A stretch of DNA of 62,848 bases, filler included, from Chiloscyllium plagiosum (lineage: Eukaryota), in the NCBI RefSeq assembly GCF_004010195.1. It is 3 parts of one record of this genome, joined end to end, with 100 filler letters (N's around TTAATTAATTAA, not from the genome) between each part and the next. Parts side by side here need not be neighbours in the genome. Positions count along the whole stretch, not along the records: positions 53,361 to 62,848 come from NC_057713.1; 2 more parts are not named here. One strand, given 5' to 3'. Position 1 is the first letter of the stretch. Each line of letters begins with the position of its first letter. Below the pieces are notes generated by a model. That model saw only the letters and a list, made by a program, of their open reading frames with translations. It was not told the DNA's origin and ran no database searches. Position numbers and translations under genes: made by a program. Positions 62,380-62,848 of this stretch are shown here, piece by piece.

Positions 62380-62612
62380 GAAATGGCTGGAGAAACTCAA
62401 CAGATCTGGCAGCCTCTGTGGAGAGAAAGCAGAGCTATCACTTCAGGTGCAGTGACTCTTCTTCAGAACTGATGGCAGCTTGGTAAAGGTTAAACATCAC
62501 AGGAGACCAGGTTATGTCCAACAGGTTTATTTGGAAACACTCTCACTATAACGTGGGGTTGTGTAGTTTTTAACTTTGTCCACCCCAGTCCAACACTGGC
62601 TCCTCCAAGTCA
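62380..62612. mobile_element. PLE terminus (family C, -) with a nested palindromic family-B miniature (62488-62612)
   Basis: GCTGGAGAAACTCA...CTTCTTCAGAAC; then inverted arms and the TTTGTCCACCCCAGTCCAACAC tail as at 19835-19870. Confidence 0.7.
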
Positions 62613-62796
62613 TGGTCAGGGTTGGTATCTATGCTGGAGAAGGGGGGAGGGAGTAAATGATAGGTGGAGATGGAGCCCAAAGAGACAAAGGAATGTGTCA
62701 GGGTCAGTCTGGGAGAATGAGTAGCTGCTGATGGAGACCATTAGTGGCTGACAATGGGTTGTTTATGGGAGCAGCCCATATGAGACACAGCCTGGT

Positions 62797-62848
62797 GTGC
62801 GGGGGTCGGGGTGAGGGCACGGGGGTCGGGGTGAGGGCGCGGGGGTCG
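62797..62848 (+). repeat. G-rich 20-bp tandem repeat
   Basis: GGGGGTCGGGGTGAGGGC(A/G)C x2.5, running off the window. Confidence 0.85.

Overview
Eukaryotic, repeat-dense DNA from a cartilaginous fish. HE1-type V-SINEs, Deu-domain SINE relics and HER1-like CR1 LINEs point to an elasmobranch; the species cannot be fixed from sequence alone. The only host coding feature I can support is one 231-bp exon (54166-54396, +) encoding the PAS domain of an ERG-family K+ channel, most like KCNH2 exon 2. The rest is a nested set of decayed CR1, L2, L1, Rex1, Gypsy/ERV and Penelope-like elements (PLEs), broken by assembly gaps, two of which carry an artificial TTAATTAATTAA linker. The most striking structure is a recurring class of PLE insertions from at least three unrelated terminal families. 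They carry minimal hammerhead-ribozyme motifs and form inverted (hairpin) arms flanked by 7-16 bp target-site duplications (TSDs). Usually one arm keeps a ~30-35 nt terminal tail while the other stops where the tail begins. Other highlights are an 80-bp interstitial (TTAGGG)n tract between perfect 40-bp direct repeats, a microhomology-bounded templated insertion, a CpG-rich MITE-like element and a 64-bp satellite with a trimeric higher-order repeat. Family assignments come from motif recognition without database searches, and boundaries of old elements are approximate.
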